64,000 nt of DNA from Thermodesulfobacteriota bacterium (GTDB taxonomy: Bacteria > Desulfobacterota_D > UBA1144 > Nemesobacterales > UBA2774): positions 1,184,001 to 1,248,000 of the forward strand of contig OY729416.1 in NCBI GenBank assembly GCA_963422265.1, given 5' to 3'. Both the position numbers and the translations under genes were made by a program. Of this stretch, positions 1 to 9,613 are shown in pieces (the stretch's first letter is position 1; every line of letters starts with the position of its first letter). Below the pieces are notes generated by a model that was not told where the DNA came from, did not search any database, and worked only from the letters and a program-made list of their open reading frames with translations.

Positions 1-553
1 TGTCCCTCGGATAGGCGCTCCATCCAGCTACGATAAGCTTGGGACTGTGCTCTAAGGCTAGCCTTCTGACCTCATCAAAGTCTATTAAATTAGTGTCCTC
101 TGTAACGCCGTAAGGAACAACGTTATACAGACGCCCTGAGAAATTGACGGGGCTCCCATGGGTAAGGTGCCCCCCGTGATCTAGGCTCATGCCCAGTATA
201 GTGTCGCCCGGGTCTAAGGCCGCGAAATAGACTGACATATTAGCCTGCGCCCCGGAATGAGGCTGAACGTTCACGGCTTCGCATCCGAAGAGCTGTTTTG
301 CCCTCTGCCGTGCGAGGTCCTCCACAACGTCCACAAATTCGCACCCTCCGTAATACCTTCTGCCCGGCAGACCCTCAGCGTATTTATTCGTAAGCACCGA
401 CCCAAGAGCTTCGAGTACGGCTTCGCTAACGTAATTCTCAGACGCTATTAACTCAAGCCTATACTCCTGACGTTCTACCTCAGAGATTATAGCTTTAGCA
501 ATTTGGGTATCTACCTCGTCAAGACTATGTATCATTCGCAGTATCATTCGCAT
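1..553 (-). CDS. glyA: Serine hydroxymethyltransferase, 5' part (runs off window start)
   Basis: Manual minus-strand translation gives [55 protein letters not shown]. Candidate ATGs at 553, 547 and 535. Not in the ORF track because it is truncated by the window edge. Confidence 0.97.
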   Translation of the reverse strand, partial: MRMILRMIHSLDEVDTQIAKAIISEVERQEYRLELIASENYVSEAVLEALGSVLTNKYAEGLPGRRYYGGCEFVDVVEDLARQRAKQLFGCEAVNVQPHSGAQANMSVYFAALDPGDTILGMSLDHGGHLTHGSPVNFSGRLYNVVPYGVTEDTNLIDFDEVRRLALEHSPKLIVAGWSAYPRD

Positions 554-651
554 TCCTTGAAAAGCCCGTAAGTTTATCAAAGATTAGTAGGCTTGGCAAG
601 CTAATTGACACGCCCTATGATGATTATTCTATAGGGTAGAAACTCGGCGGC

Positions 652-1524
652 TCACCCTTCAACTTTACCATACCTCTCCCCCCACATAAGCTTCGTTTTG
701 AGAATAGTAAAGAAATCCCTGAAAGGAGATTTAATTAGCTTTACATAACTATCCGATCTTTGTACTTCCACAACGTCCCCCATTTGAAGTCTGATGCCTA
801 TCTGACCGTCGAGCGTAAGATAAGTATCTGGTTCTTCCGTTGTAATTTTAATTTCGACCTTCATATCGTTTGATAATATCAACGGACGGTTGGTGAGAGT
901 ATGAGGACAAATGGGAGTAATTATAGTAACTGGTATCCTTGGCGAGACGATTGGACCCCCAGCCGATAAAGAATAGGCGGTCGAGCCCGTAGGCGTCGAA
1001 AGAATAATACCATCCGCCCTATAGGTAGTTACGTGCGAGCCCTCAATATACACTGCAAGGTCAATTATCCTCGCAACCGCTCCCTTGTTAATAACAACGT
1101 CGTTAAGAAGTTCGTATCTTCCGACCTTGCCCCCCTTCCGCCTTATTTCCGTAGAGAGCATTTGCCTGTTTTCAATTTCGTAATCCCCCGCAATAATGCG
1201 CTCCATCATCTCGTATATTTCATCAATAGTGATCTCCGTAAGAAAGCCAAGACTACCGAGATTTATGCCGAGTATAGGGGTTCCGTGCTTACAGGCAAGC
1301 CGTGCAACCCCTAAAAACGTACCGTCCCCGCCGAACACTAGGATCAGATCAACTAATTCGGGGATGTCAATTCGTGAGACTGAATTCGGATGATTTATCT
1401 TTCCGCCGATTTCCTTTTCTAGATAAACGTCCACCCCCTTCCCCTCAAGCCACTTGCATAGCTCTCTCGTTACCTCGAAGGTTTTATCTATATTTGTTTT
1501 TCCTATGATTCCTACTCTTAAAAT
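652..1524 (-). CDS. nadK: NAD(+) kinase
   Basis: GGDGT, NLGSLGFL, LNDVV, DGIILSTPTGSTAYSLSAGGP motifs. Start uncertain: track TTG at 1590, but GGAGG at 1531-1535 points to about 1524. Confidence 0.95.
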   Translation of the reverse strand: MLRVGIIGKTNIDKTFEVTRELCKWLEGKGVDVYLEKEIGGKINHPNSVSRIDIPELVDLILVFGGDGTFLGVARLACKHGTPILGINLGSLGFLTEITIDEIYEMMERIIAGDYEIENRQMLSTEIRRKGGKVGRYELLNDVVINKGAVARIIDLAVYIEGSHVTTYRADGIILSTPTGSTAYSLSAGGPIVSPRIPVTIITPICPHTLTNRPLILSNDMKVEIKITTEEPDTYLTLDGQIGIRLQMGDVVEVQRSDSYVKLIKSPFRDFFTILKTKLMWGERYGKVEG

Positions 1525-1633
1525 CGGGAGCCTCCGAAACGAGTTAGCATAAGAGAAAATTGCTCTATAAAAGTAGCAAAGGCGAAACAATATACCAGCC
1601 GGGCTTTGGAATAGAAAGAATGTAACCTATCCT

Positions 1634-2732
1634 CTACCTAGACGAGTAGATAAGATAGCTCTTGATAAGCTCGGCTAGGTTTCCGTCCAACACCCCGTCG
1701 GCGTTGCCTGTTTCATAATCGGTCCTGTGATCTTTAACCATCCTATAGGGATGAAGCACATAGGAACGGATCTGACTTCCCCATCCGATGTCTTTTTTAT
1801 CCGATTGTAGCTCTTCGAGCTTCTCTATTTGCTTTTCTTTCTCTAGCTCATAGAGCCTCGCCCGCAGGATTTTCATCGCCGTTGCGCGGTTTTGATGCTG
1901 GGAGCGCTCGTTCTGACAGCTAACCACTATTCCCGTCGGCATATGCGTTATCCTTATTGCAGAGTCGGTTTTGTTTATGTGCTGTCCTCCAGCCCCACTC
2001 GCACGGTAAGTGTCCACCCTCAGATCTTTGTCCTCAACCTTTACCTCAATACTGTCGTCTATCTCAGGAGAGACAAAGACTGAGGCAAATGACGTGTGTC
2101 TTCTTCTATTCGAGTCAAAGGGTGAGATTCGCACTAGCCTGTGCACGCCGCCCTCAGATTTAAGATAACCAAAAGCATAAACCCCTTTCACAAGCACGGT
2201 AGCGCTTTTAAGCCCCGCTTCATCCCCTTCCTGATGCTCTATGATTTCTGTTTTGAATCCGCTGTTTTCAGCGTATCTAACATACATTCTAAGGAGCATC
2301 TCTGCCCAGTCTTGAGCTTCCGTGCCCCCAGCCCCTGCGTTTATTGAAACGATAGCGTTTCTCTCATCATCGGGACTACCTAGAATCCTTTTGAACTCAA
2401 GATCCTCTACTCGCCTCTCGACTGCCGATACCCTAGCCTTAGCTTCAGTCGCCGCATCCTCATCCTGTTCTTGCAGGGAAAGCTCTTCTAGCACCTCTAC
2501 ATCTTCAAGCTCCTGAGAAAGGCTTTCCCAGTTGTCAATTGTAGTCTTTATAAGGGATTGCTCTCTTAACGCTTCCTGAGCTTTATCGGTGTTATTCCAA
2601 AAACTGGGATGCCCAGTTATTTCATTTAATTCTTTAAGCCGTGTTTTTTTCGTAGAGAGGTCAAAGAAAACCTCCTAGTATCCTCAGCCTCTTCTTTAAG
2701 TCTTCAATCCGCTCCTTGTTGTCTCCTATCAC
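1634..2732 (-). CDS. prfB: Peptide chain release factor 2, translated via +1 programmed frameshift
   Basis: SPF and GGQ motifs. GTG at 2732 after GAGGAG; 23 codons to CTT-TGA-C; the +1 frame continues into the track ORF 1634..2494. Confidence 0.97.
2660..2676 (-). promoter_or_regulatory. prfB +1 frameshift site (internal SD AGGAGGT plus CTT TGA C)
   Basis: Minus strand reads AGGAGGT TTT CTT TGA C, the canonical RF2 autoregulatory shift cassette. Confidence 0.95.
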
Positions 2733-3067
2733 TTAAGCACTCCTCGGTTTTTACAAGTAGGATAATATAAATATCCTACTCTTAAAAGCAAGCTAAGATG
2801 ACGCGTGCATCCACAATACCCGCAATGGCTTTATTTTAGCCATTGTGGGCTAAACTCTCAGTTCTATAGGGAATTTCTATACGGTATTGCTCTAATAACC
2901 TGCCCTATAGCCTGTTGAATTATCATTAGGTTTAAGTAAACTCATGAGGATTTCTGATGATAAGGGAACCCATAGTTTGCCTATTCAAAGCACGCCTGGA
3001 TACTTTCTATTGATGCTTTTACGCAAGAATAGATTAAACTAATTAGATTAAGAGAAGGAGAACCTAA

Positions 3068-4210
3068 TTGAAGAAATATATTTTTACGCCAGGTCCTGTA
3101 CCTGTGCCGAGCGAAGTATTAATAGAGATGGCAAAGCCCATAATACACCATCGGACGGCGGAGTTTGAGGCTATCTTCGCCGAGGTCAGAGACGGTCTTA
3201 AATACATCTTTGAAACCAAGCAAGAGGTATTTATCTTGGCGGCATCGGGCACTGGAGCGATGGAAGCGTCCGTTGCTAACACCCTCTCTCGGTCAAGTAA
3301 GTCCCTAGTTATCAACGGGGGAAAATTTGGAGAAAGGTGGGGCAAGATATGTAGAGCCTACGGCGTTGAGGTTAAGGAATTAGCCGTGGAATGGGGAAGA
3401 TGCGTGGACCCAAAGCAAGTAAAAAAGGCTTTAGACGATGACCCCTCAATTGACTCGGTGCTTATTCAAGCTAGCGAAACCTCTACGGGCGTTATGCACC
3501 CAGTGAGGGAAATTGGGGAAATAACGGGCAAAAGAGATGAAGTGATACTAATAGTAGATGGAATTACCGGAGTTGGAGTTTTCCCACTTCCCTTCGATGA
3601 GTGGGGAATTGACGTCCTAGTAGGCGGATCTCAAAAAGCCTTTATGCTTCCCCCTGGACTTTCTTTCGCCTCAATAAGTGAAAAGGCGTGGAAGTTCAAT
3701 GAGAGGTCCAATCTACCTAAGTTCTACTTTGATTTTAAGGCGGCGCTTAAGAACGCAGAAAAGAATACGTCTCCCTATACCCCAGCCGTTACGTTAATTA
3801 TTGGTCTCGCCGCAGTGCTAAGGAGATTCAGGGCTGAAGGTAGAGATAACCTACACAAGCATCACGCCGCGCTTGCGCTCGCCACTAGGGAAGCGATGAA
3901 AGCCATAGGACTTGAGCTTTTTGTAAAGGACACGCCGAGCACGGCGCTTACCACCGTCATAGCGCCACCCGAAATCGGAGCATTAAAGGTTATAGCTGGG
4001 CTAAGGGATGAGTTTAGCATAACGGTCGCTGGTGGACAGGATCAGGCAAAGGGGAAAATCTTTAGGATTTCTCATATAGGCGACATTGATAAAACCGATA
4101 CGCTCTCTGTCATATCAGCGGTTGAAAGCGTGCTAAACCAGCTTGGGCATAAGTTTGATTTCGGCGCCGCTACTAAGAAAGCGTCGGAGATTCTGACGGA
4201 AAAGAAATGA
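3068..4210 (+). CDS. Class V PLP aminotransferase (alanine-glyoxylate/serine-pyruvate family)
   Basis: TPGPVPV, HHRT, SGTGAME, ETSTGV, GSQKAFMLPPGL (PLP lysine), FRISHIG; SD AAGGAG upstream. Confidence 0.92.
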   Translation: MKKYIFTPGPVPVPSEVLIEMAKPIIHHRTAEFEAIFAEVRDGLKYIFETKQEVFILAASGTGAMEASVANTLSRSSKSLVINGGKFGERWGKICRAYGVEVKELAVEWGRCVDPKQVKKALDDDPSIDSVLIQASETSTGVMHPVREIGEITGKRDEVILIVDGITGVGVFPLPFDEWGIDVLVGGSQKAFMLPPGLSFASISEKAWKFNERSNLPKFYFDFKAALKNAEKNTSPYTPAVTLIIGLAAVLRRFRAEGRDNLHKHHAALALATREAMKAIGLELFVKDTPSTALTTVIAPPEIGALKVIAGLRDEFSITVAGGQDQAKGKIFRISHIGDIDKTDTLSVISAVESVLNQLGHKFDFGAATKKASEILTEKK

Positions 4211-4274
4211 CGACATCGCATCACCTCACACCGTGATTGTTTCTACGCATATAACCATACAGGCGTCAATAATT

Positions 4275-4556
4275 TTACGAGAAGTGTTTTTTTACTAACG
4301 GATCGCTGTCAATTTCAGAGATTAGGTATGCAATCTGGTACTGATCACCAGGGTAGTGATATAGCCTAATTCCCTGTGGCGAGACGTAATAGAGACCATC
4401 CTTCTTAGTCTCGCTGGATAATTGGACTTCATAAACTGGAAAGCCGACGGATCCACCACCAATATTAACGGCTCGTCTATCGTTCCTTAATTTTCTGACG
4501 CTGCTAGCCACGTCCCATACCTTGGGAAACACCTGTCCCTTAACTATTAATTTCAT
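4275..4556 (-). CDS. Hypothetical protein (93 aa)
   Basis: ATG preceded by GAGGT; 16 nt downstream of the previous ORF on the same strand; no recognised motif. Confidence 0.7.
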   Translation of the reverse strand: MKLIVKGQVFPKVWDVASSVRKLRNDRRAVNIGGGSVGFPVYEVQLSSETKKDGLYYVSPQGIRLYHYPGDQYQIAYLISEIDSDPLVKKHFS

Positions 4557-4572
4557 TTGTTACCTCAATCAC

Positions 4573-4935
4573 TCAAGCCGCTGATATTTCAACGCGCGAA
4601 ATCATACCTATACACGTCATAATTATATCCAATTTGCTGTCCCTGTCGTGCACGTAGCACTCTTTTAACTTATATCCGCATACGTCGCAGCGAAGGCTTC
4701 CATCCCCCTCCGCCTGCTTAGAGCATCCCTCGCAATAGAGCGCTCTTTCCTCATACCAGCTAAGGTGAGAATATATGAGTTCGTTTAATCCGCTTTTCCC
4801 CAATCTATCCGCCCACTCGGTAATATCCCTTATTGTTCTATCTCTGAATTGACGAGGCATTTCCCCAAGGTCGCCCGAGTATATCTCATCCTCACTCACG
4901 TATATTCTGCAAAAGAACGGCTGATCAATGCGCAT
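4573..4935 (-). CDS. Hypothetical protein with CxxC...CxxC putative zinc ribbon
   Basis: CEGC and CDVC pairs; protein-like composition. Confidence 0.7.
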   Translation of the reverse strand: MRIDQPFFCRIYVSEDEIYSGDLGEMPRQFRDRTIRDITEWADRLGKSGLNELIYSHLSWYEERALYCEGCSKQAEGDGSLRCDVCGYKLKECYVHDRDSKLDIIMTCIGMISRVEISAA

Positions 4936-5156
4936 AGTTTAAGTTCTTAAAAATAGTTTAGCATAAACGCGGGCAATGTGTGAGGAGAAAGTAGTTAGAA
5001 AACCAACTGATATTTTATTAGGAGTAGTTACCGACAAATAACTACACGCCGATGCTATGTATTATACAGATAGTATGAACCACCACGGCATGGTAAGATA
5101 CCAGTTCCCATTCCGTAACGGCTGAGAACCACGGTAGTGAGAGACGTGTTGATAAC

Positions 5157-5511
5157 GTCATTCCTGCGTAAGCAGGAATCTAGTAAGGAGATAGGGGGGG
5201 ATAAGGAAAGAATTCTCATACCCCAATCCTCTGGTTGGTGAGCCTGCCGAACCATTTCGTGGATTCCCAGGCAAGCTGGGAATGACGGGGATGTAGGATA
5301 GAGGAAATATAGGGGCAGGAATCACAAAAATGCCCTCACCCCTAAGCGCTCTCGATTCGTACATTCACTACAACAGATAAGAAAATCCACCCTAACCCTC
5401 CTTTGTAAAGGTAGGGCAATATCACTTCTAACCTCTCAGATAAAGCAGGATTGAAGGTGGCATCCTGAGGAGATCCGCCGGGCCGTCATGCTGAACCTGC
5501 TTCAAACATCT
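5157..5511. repeat. Cluster of several short palindromic (REP-like) elements
   Basis: GTCATTCCTGCGTAAGCAGGAATCT (5157-5181), TGGTGAGCCTGCCGAACCA (to 5254), GGATTCCCAGGCAAGCTGGGAATGAC (5261-5286), AAATCCACCCTAACCCTCCTTTGTAAAGGTAGGG (5383-5416), GTCATGCTGAACCTGCTTCAAACATCT (5485-5511). Confidence 0.75.
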
Positions 5512-5663
5512 AGCCTTTACTCTCGAACACATAAATTTAATCTAAAATTCTCTGATAAACAAAAAAGGGGTTCGTCTCTGCTTTTTGAAAGAAGGAAACG
5601 TTACCGCACACTAGCGGCAGCATCACCGTATTCCCCCACCCAGAGGTTGCCCTTGCGGGTGTA

Positions 5664-5777
5664 TTAACCGGTGCTACAGGGTTCGCGGATGTAAACGAGC
5701 CGCCGTTCGCTGCTATAGAAATAAACAACGAAAGCGCTGCGGATGATGGGGCGGAGGTCGCTGAGTTGAAAGCTCAC
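5664..5777 (-). pseudogene. 37-codon truncated ORF resembling the C-terminal domain of the upstream membrane protein
   Basis: GTG overlaps the upstream TGA (GTGA). Reads VSFQLSDLRPIIRSAFVVYFYSSERRLVYIREPCSTG*, compared with PLAHSYFDFHIIGDRLVYFREPC upstream. Confidence 0.55.
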
Positions 5778-7144
5778 TTCGTAGTAGGGTGGATGATACT
5801 AACCTTTTCTATCTCTCTCCGCACTCCGTCTTTGTTGCGAATGGTCTGCTTAATCTGGATATGGGCTATTCTGTAGTCCGGGAGCGGGACGTATAACAGG
5901 CAGCGGTCACCGGAGCGCTTCACGTGCCGCTCAAAATTATGGTACAGCTCGTCGAAGCCGAACATTTGTCGAGTGTGAGGCAGATCATTTATGTCTAAAG
6001 GGAAAATACGCACGCTCACGAAGAGCATTCGGTCGGCATCCGCCGGAGCGCACGGTTCCCTGAAGTAAACCAGCCGGTCGCCGATGATATGGAAGTCAAA
6101 ATAGGAGTGGGCAAGGGGCACAGACCCGCCGGAGACAATCCATTTATAGTCCTTCTCTAGGGCGGCGGCCTCGTCCCTGGAATGAACATATTGCCAAACT
6201 GCCAGCCCGGTGCTGCCAACCATAACCAGCGTGCAGGCTGCCATCCAGAACGGGATGCGTCCACCCGGCGGTTCTTCCACTCGGTGCCCGGCAGCAAGTG
6301 GGACCTCAGCCCTCCGTCTTTGATCCAGCAGCAGCTCAAGTGCATAGCACAGGCAGGCGATACCGAGCAGATACTCGTATACTTCATACGGGTTAGTATA
6401 AGGGGAGTGTCCAGGCGCGCCATGGATATAGAATAGGGACAGACCAAGCGTCAGGATCGACGCAATGACGACGACGAACCACTTCATCCGCATGGAAACC
6501 AACACCATGCTGCCCAGAATAAGCAGCCCCTGCCTTGGACTAGCTTCCATGCTGATACTGAGCGCATAGAACCGCATGAACAAAAAGCCGAACAGCAATG
6601 GGATGGATGGCAATGGAATCCCCAAGAACCTGTCCTGCCGGTAGAAGAAAGCGACGGCAGTGACCACGCACAGCAACATCGTTCCTGTCCAGTGGAATCT
6701 CGCGAACGTTGTCGTGCTGATGTTGTGGAGGTTTATTTCGTTTTGTTTGTTCAGTCCCATCAGGAAATCTGGCGTCGTCCACCCGAACAAGCGCTGTCCC
6801 CAACTGATCTCCTCGCCGGCGGCGAACAGGAATGCGACCGCACCCAGAATATAGATACAGCGACGGAAGGAGTTCGACTCCGGACGAGCCGTGGCAAACA
6901 GCAGGAGGCTGGTTAGAAAAAACCAGATGACGGTTAGATTTTCCACCCAGTCATCTTCCCGGACCAGCACATCATAGAGCCACCGGTCAGTAATATTGAT
7001 CCCAGTGAAGAAAAATATGTTCAGACAGATAACGAGATAGCCGGAAACGGCGACCTTGCTGTCGAGATAGTTATTAGGGTGGAGGTTCCAGTTGCTTCCG
7101 GTTATAAGACAGCGAAGATTTTCGACAAAACCGTGCAGTTTCAT
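5774..7144 (-). CDS. Multi-pass membrane protein with C-terminal soluble domain, function unknown
   Basis: Many hydrophobic segments; EDDWVEN, AGEEISWGQR, NKQNEINLHN and EVYE motifs; visibly GC-richer than the flanks. Confidence 0.8.
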   Translation of the reverse strand: MKLHGFVENLRCLITGSNWNLHPNNYLDSKVAVSGYLVICLNIFFFTGINITDRWLYDVLVREDDWVENLTVIWFFLTSLLLFATARPESNSFRRCIYILGAVAFLFAAGEEISWGQRLFGWTTPDFLMGLNKQNEINLHNISTTTFARFHWTGTMLLCVVTAVAFFYRQDRFLGIPLPSIPLLFGFLFMRFYALSISMEASPRQGLLILGSMVLVSMRMKWFVVVIASILTLGLSLFYIHGAPGHSPYTNPYEVYEYLLGIACLCYALELLLDQRRRAEVPLAAGHRVEEPPGGRIPFWMAACTLVMVGSTGLAVWQYVHSRDEAAALEKDYKWIVSGGSVPLAHSYFDFHIIGDRLVYFREPCAPADADRMLFVSVRIFPLDINDLPHTRQMFGFDELYHNFERHVKRSGDRCLLYVPLPDYRIAHIQIKQTIRNKDGVRREIEKVSIIHPTTK

Positions 7145-7245
7145 GGAGTGTCCCTACCTTACCATGGAAACTCATTAGTTGATTCGTAAATTGACGGCAG
7201 TCTTTCACAACCTACCATAACATTATCACCGCTGTCCCTTAATTT

Positions 7246-8277
7246 TTAGGGGGGGGGGGGGGGGGGGGGGATGAAGAAGCCGACTCCCCAGCTCAGATGC
7301 ATCAATGCCAACACTAAGGGAAGCAGGAAAGCTGCAGTATCGCTCCGACACAATCCCACGACGGCCGACCCGAGCAGGACGGTAAGCATGTAGGCAGACA
7401 GCAGCCCCGTCAACAACCAAGTAAATCCTGCCACAGCCAGTAGCAGCCCGGATGTGAAACCCAGCACCAAAAGTGGGGCAGCGAGATGACGTAATCTAAC
7501 CGAGGACGGATGTTTCCTTATCACCACCGATTTCCATCTGCCGTAATCGAAATACTGCCGCGCCAGACCCTTGACCGTGTTGCGGGGTTTATACTCTACC
7601 ACTAACTCAGGGGTGAACCAGATGGTCTTTCCCTTCTTGCGCAAACGGTAGTTGAACTCGTAGTCCTGGTTCCTGATCAGAGAAACATCGTATCCCCCCA
7701 TCTCGTCCAGAGTCTCGCGGGAGAATACGCCCAGAAAGGCGCTTTCTGAGGGTCCTTCCTTTCCGCCTAAACGGTGCCGAGAGTCCCCCACGCCTAGGAA
7801 GGTCGTCATGGCCATCGCCACGGCTCGCTCGAATAGAGTCTCTCCTACCGCTTTCTGGCATCCACCCACGTTCGCCGCCCCGGTGCGTTTCAGCGTTTCT
7901 ATCGCTAGGCTCACGTAGTTGGGTGGAAAAACTGTATGCGCATCACATCGCACTATAACGTCGCCAGCCGCTATATCAAACCCCCTGTTGGCTCCGGCCC
8001 CAAGGGTTTTTTCTGGATTAGGAATCAATTGCACCCATGGATAGAACTGCCGGATAATCTCAGAGGTGGCAGGGGACTCCGAACCATCAGCGACGATAAC
8101 TTCAATCACCCCCGCATAATCCTGAGCCGCAAGCGCATCTAGGGTGGGACCGATTGTCCCCTCGGCGTTACGAGCAGGTATAATGACCGATACCGAAGGA
8201 AGACGCCTTAAGGCGTCCTTCCTTTCTTCCTGCCTAGAGCCAGCCCCTTGTCTCGCAATGTCCAACGCTTTCATCAT
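7246..8277 (-). CDS. Family 2 glycosyltransferase (ExoA-like)
   Basis: VSVIIPARN, VADG, RCDAH (DxD-like), RNQDYEFNYRLR, RQYFDYGRW; C-terminal TM helices. Confidence 0.92.
   Translation of the reverse strand: MMKALDIARQGAGSRQEERKDALRRLPSVSVIIPARNAEGTIGPTLDALAAQDYAGVIEVIVADGSESPATSEIIRQFYPWVQLIPNPEKTLGAGANRGFDIAAGDVIVRCDAHTVFPPNYVSLAIETLKRTGAANVGGCQKAVGETLFERAVAMAMTTFLGVGDSRHRLGGKEGPSESAFLGVFSRETLDEMGGYDVSLIRNQDYEFNYRLRKKGKTIWFTPELVVEYKPRNTVKGLARQYFDYGRWKSVVIRKHPSSVRLRHLAAPLLVLGFTSGLLLAVAGFTWLLTGLLSAYMLTVLLGSAVVGLCRSDTAAFLLPLVLALMHLSWGVGFFIPPPPPPP
7249..7270. repeat. G22 homopolymer tract
   Basis: 22 consecutive G on the + strand, encoding the poly-Pro tail of the GT2. Confidence 0.9.
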
Positions 8278-8435
8278 AACAGATACTAAAACTCCCTAGT
8301 ATGATAAAATAATTTAGGCGTAATTCAAAATAATAAAGAGATTGTAAACTTGCGCGTTGAGATAATGATCCCACTGACTATTGCATACTTGGACAAGAAT
8401 TTTGTCACTATCCAATTACGATTACTATACGCGCC

Positions 8436-9464
8436 TTAGATAGGAAAGCTCCAAAGCCCTTTTTGATTTTGGGGATGGAGAATATTCAGATGCGTATAGG
8501 CAAGCGGCGTCGCCATCCTACCACGAGGGGTTTTAGCTAATAATCCCTGCCTTATCAAAAAAGGCTCGCACACTTCTTCAATTGTGTCTCTGTCTTCACT
8601 CACGGCAGCGGCAATAGTATCAATACCAACGGGTCCACCTTCGAACTTTTCAATTATTGTTTCAAGTATAGTTCTATCAAGCCCATCAAGCCCTATGGAG
8701 TCAATCTCCAGCATATTAAGCGCAGATACCGCAACCTCCAAGTCTATGACGCCGTCGGCTTTAACCTCTGCAAAATCCCGCACTCGCTTTAGTAACCTGT
8801 TCGCAATTCTAGGAGTGCCGCGCGCTCGGCATGAAAGCTCTTTTATCCCTCGCTCAGTAACTTCAACCCCCAAAATACCCGCCGTTCTTATCAATATATC
8901 TTCAATTTCCCGTGAATCGTAATAATCGAGTCGTAAATCTACCCCGAACCTCGACCTGAGTGGGGAAGTCAGAAGACCTGTCCTAGTAGTAGCTCCCACC
9001 AACGTAAAATGATTTACTCCCACCTTCATTGACTTCGCCGTAGGACCCTCGCCTATCATTATATCTATCTTAAAGTCTTCCATTGCAGAGTATAAATACT
9101 CCTCCACAATGCGGTTTAATCTGTGAATTTCATCTATGAACAGAACGTCTCTCTCTTCCAGATTAGTAAGAATTGAAGCGAGATCACCCACTCTCTCTAT
9201 TACGGGTCCCGAGGTGGAATAGATTTTCACTCCGAGTTCATTAGCAACAATGTGGGCAAGCGTGGTTTTGCCAAGTCCCGGCGGCCCGTAAAGAAGTGCG
9301 TGATCAAGTGTCTCACCCCTCTTTATTGTCGCTTCAATAAATACCCCTATCTTCTCTTTTACCTTGACCTGCCCCAAATAATCCCTTAGGCGACTCGGAC
9401 GGAGATTGACGTCAAATAGAGCGTCTTCCTCTCTATCGTTCGGGTTGATTACTCTGCTATCCAT
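8436..9464 (-). CDS. ruvB: Holliday junction branch migration helicase RuvB
   Basis: [45 protein letters not shown]. Confidence 0.99.
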   Translation of the reverse strand: MDSRVINPNDREEDALFDVNLRPSRLRDYLGQVKVKEKIGVFIEATIKRGETLDHALLYGPPGLGKTTLAHIVANELGVKIYSTSGPVIERVGDLASILTNLEERDVLFIDEIHRLNRIVEEYLYSAMEDFKIDIMIGEGPTAKSMKVGVNHFTLVGATTRTGLLTSPLRSRFGVDLRLDYYDSREIEDILIRTAGILGVEVTERGIKELSCRARGTPRIANRLLKRVRDFAEVKADGVIDLEVAVSALNMLEIDSIGLDGLDRTILETIIEKFEGGPVGIDTIAAAVSEDRDTIEEVCEPFLIRQGLLAKTPRGRMATPLAYTHLNILHPQNQKGLWSFPI

Positions 9465-9497
9465 AAAACCCTCTTTTCATTCTAATAAACTAAAAGC

Positions 9498-9609
9498 AAA
9501 TCCACCCAACTCTCCTTTTCAAAAGAAGGGCGGTCTTTCATTTCTTATCAACGCTTGCACAAAACGACTCTCCGTAAAAATTTCGTAGGGACAGGCGTCG
9601 AACCTGTCC
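9498..9609. repeat. Two palindromic elements in the ruvA-ruvB spacer
   Basis: 9498-9530 resembles 5383-5416; 9585-9609 is a GTAG-headed hairpin (GTAGGGACAGG-CGTCGAA-CCTGTCC). Confidence 0.65.
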
Positions 9610-9613
9610 AACA

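Noticed and set aside
5055..5364. Track ORFs 5055..5255 and 5158..5364
   Set aside because: They are translations of the palindromic repeats (MVRQAHQP, LDSCLRRND, VIPSLPGNP), not credible genes.
5537..5728. Track ORF MFISIAANGG...
   Set aside because: A different frame of the same DNA carries the recognisable similarity to the neighbouring protein.
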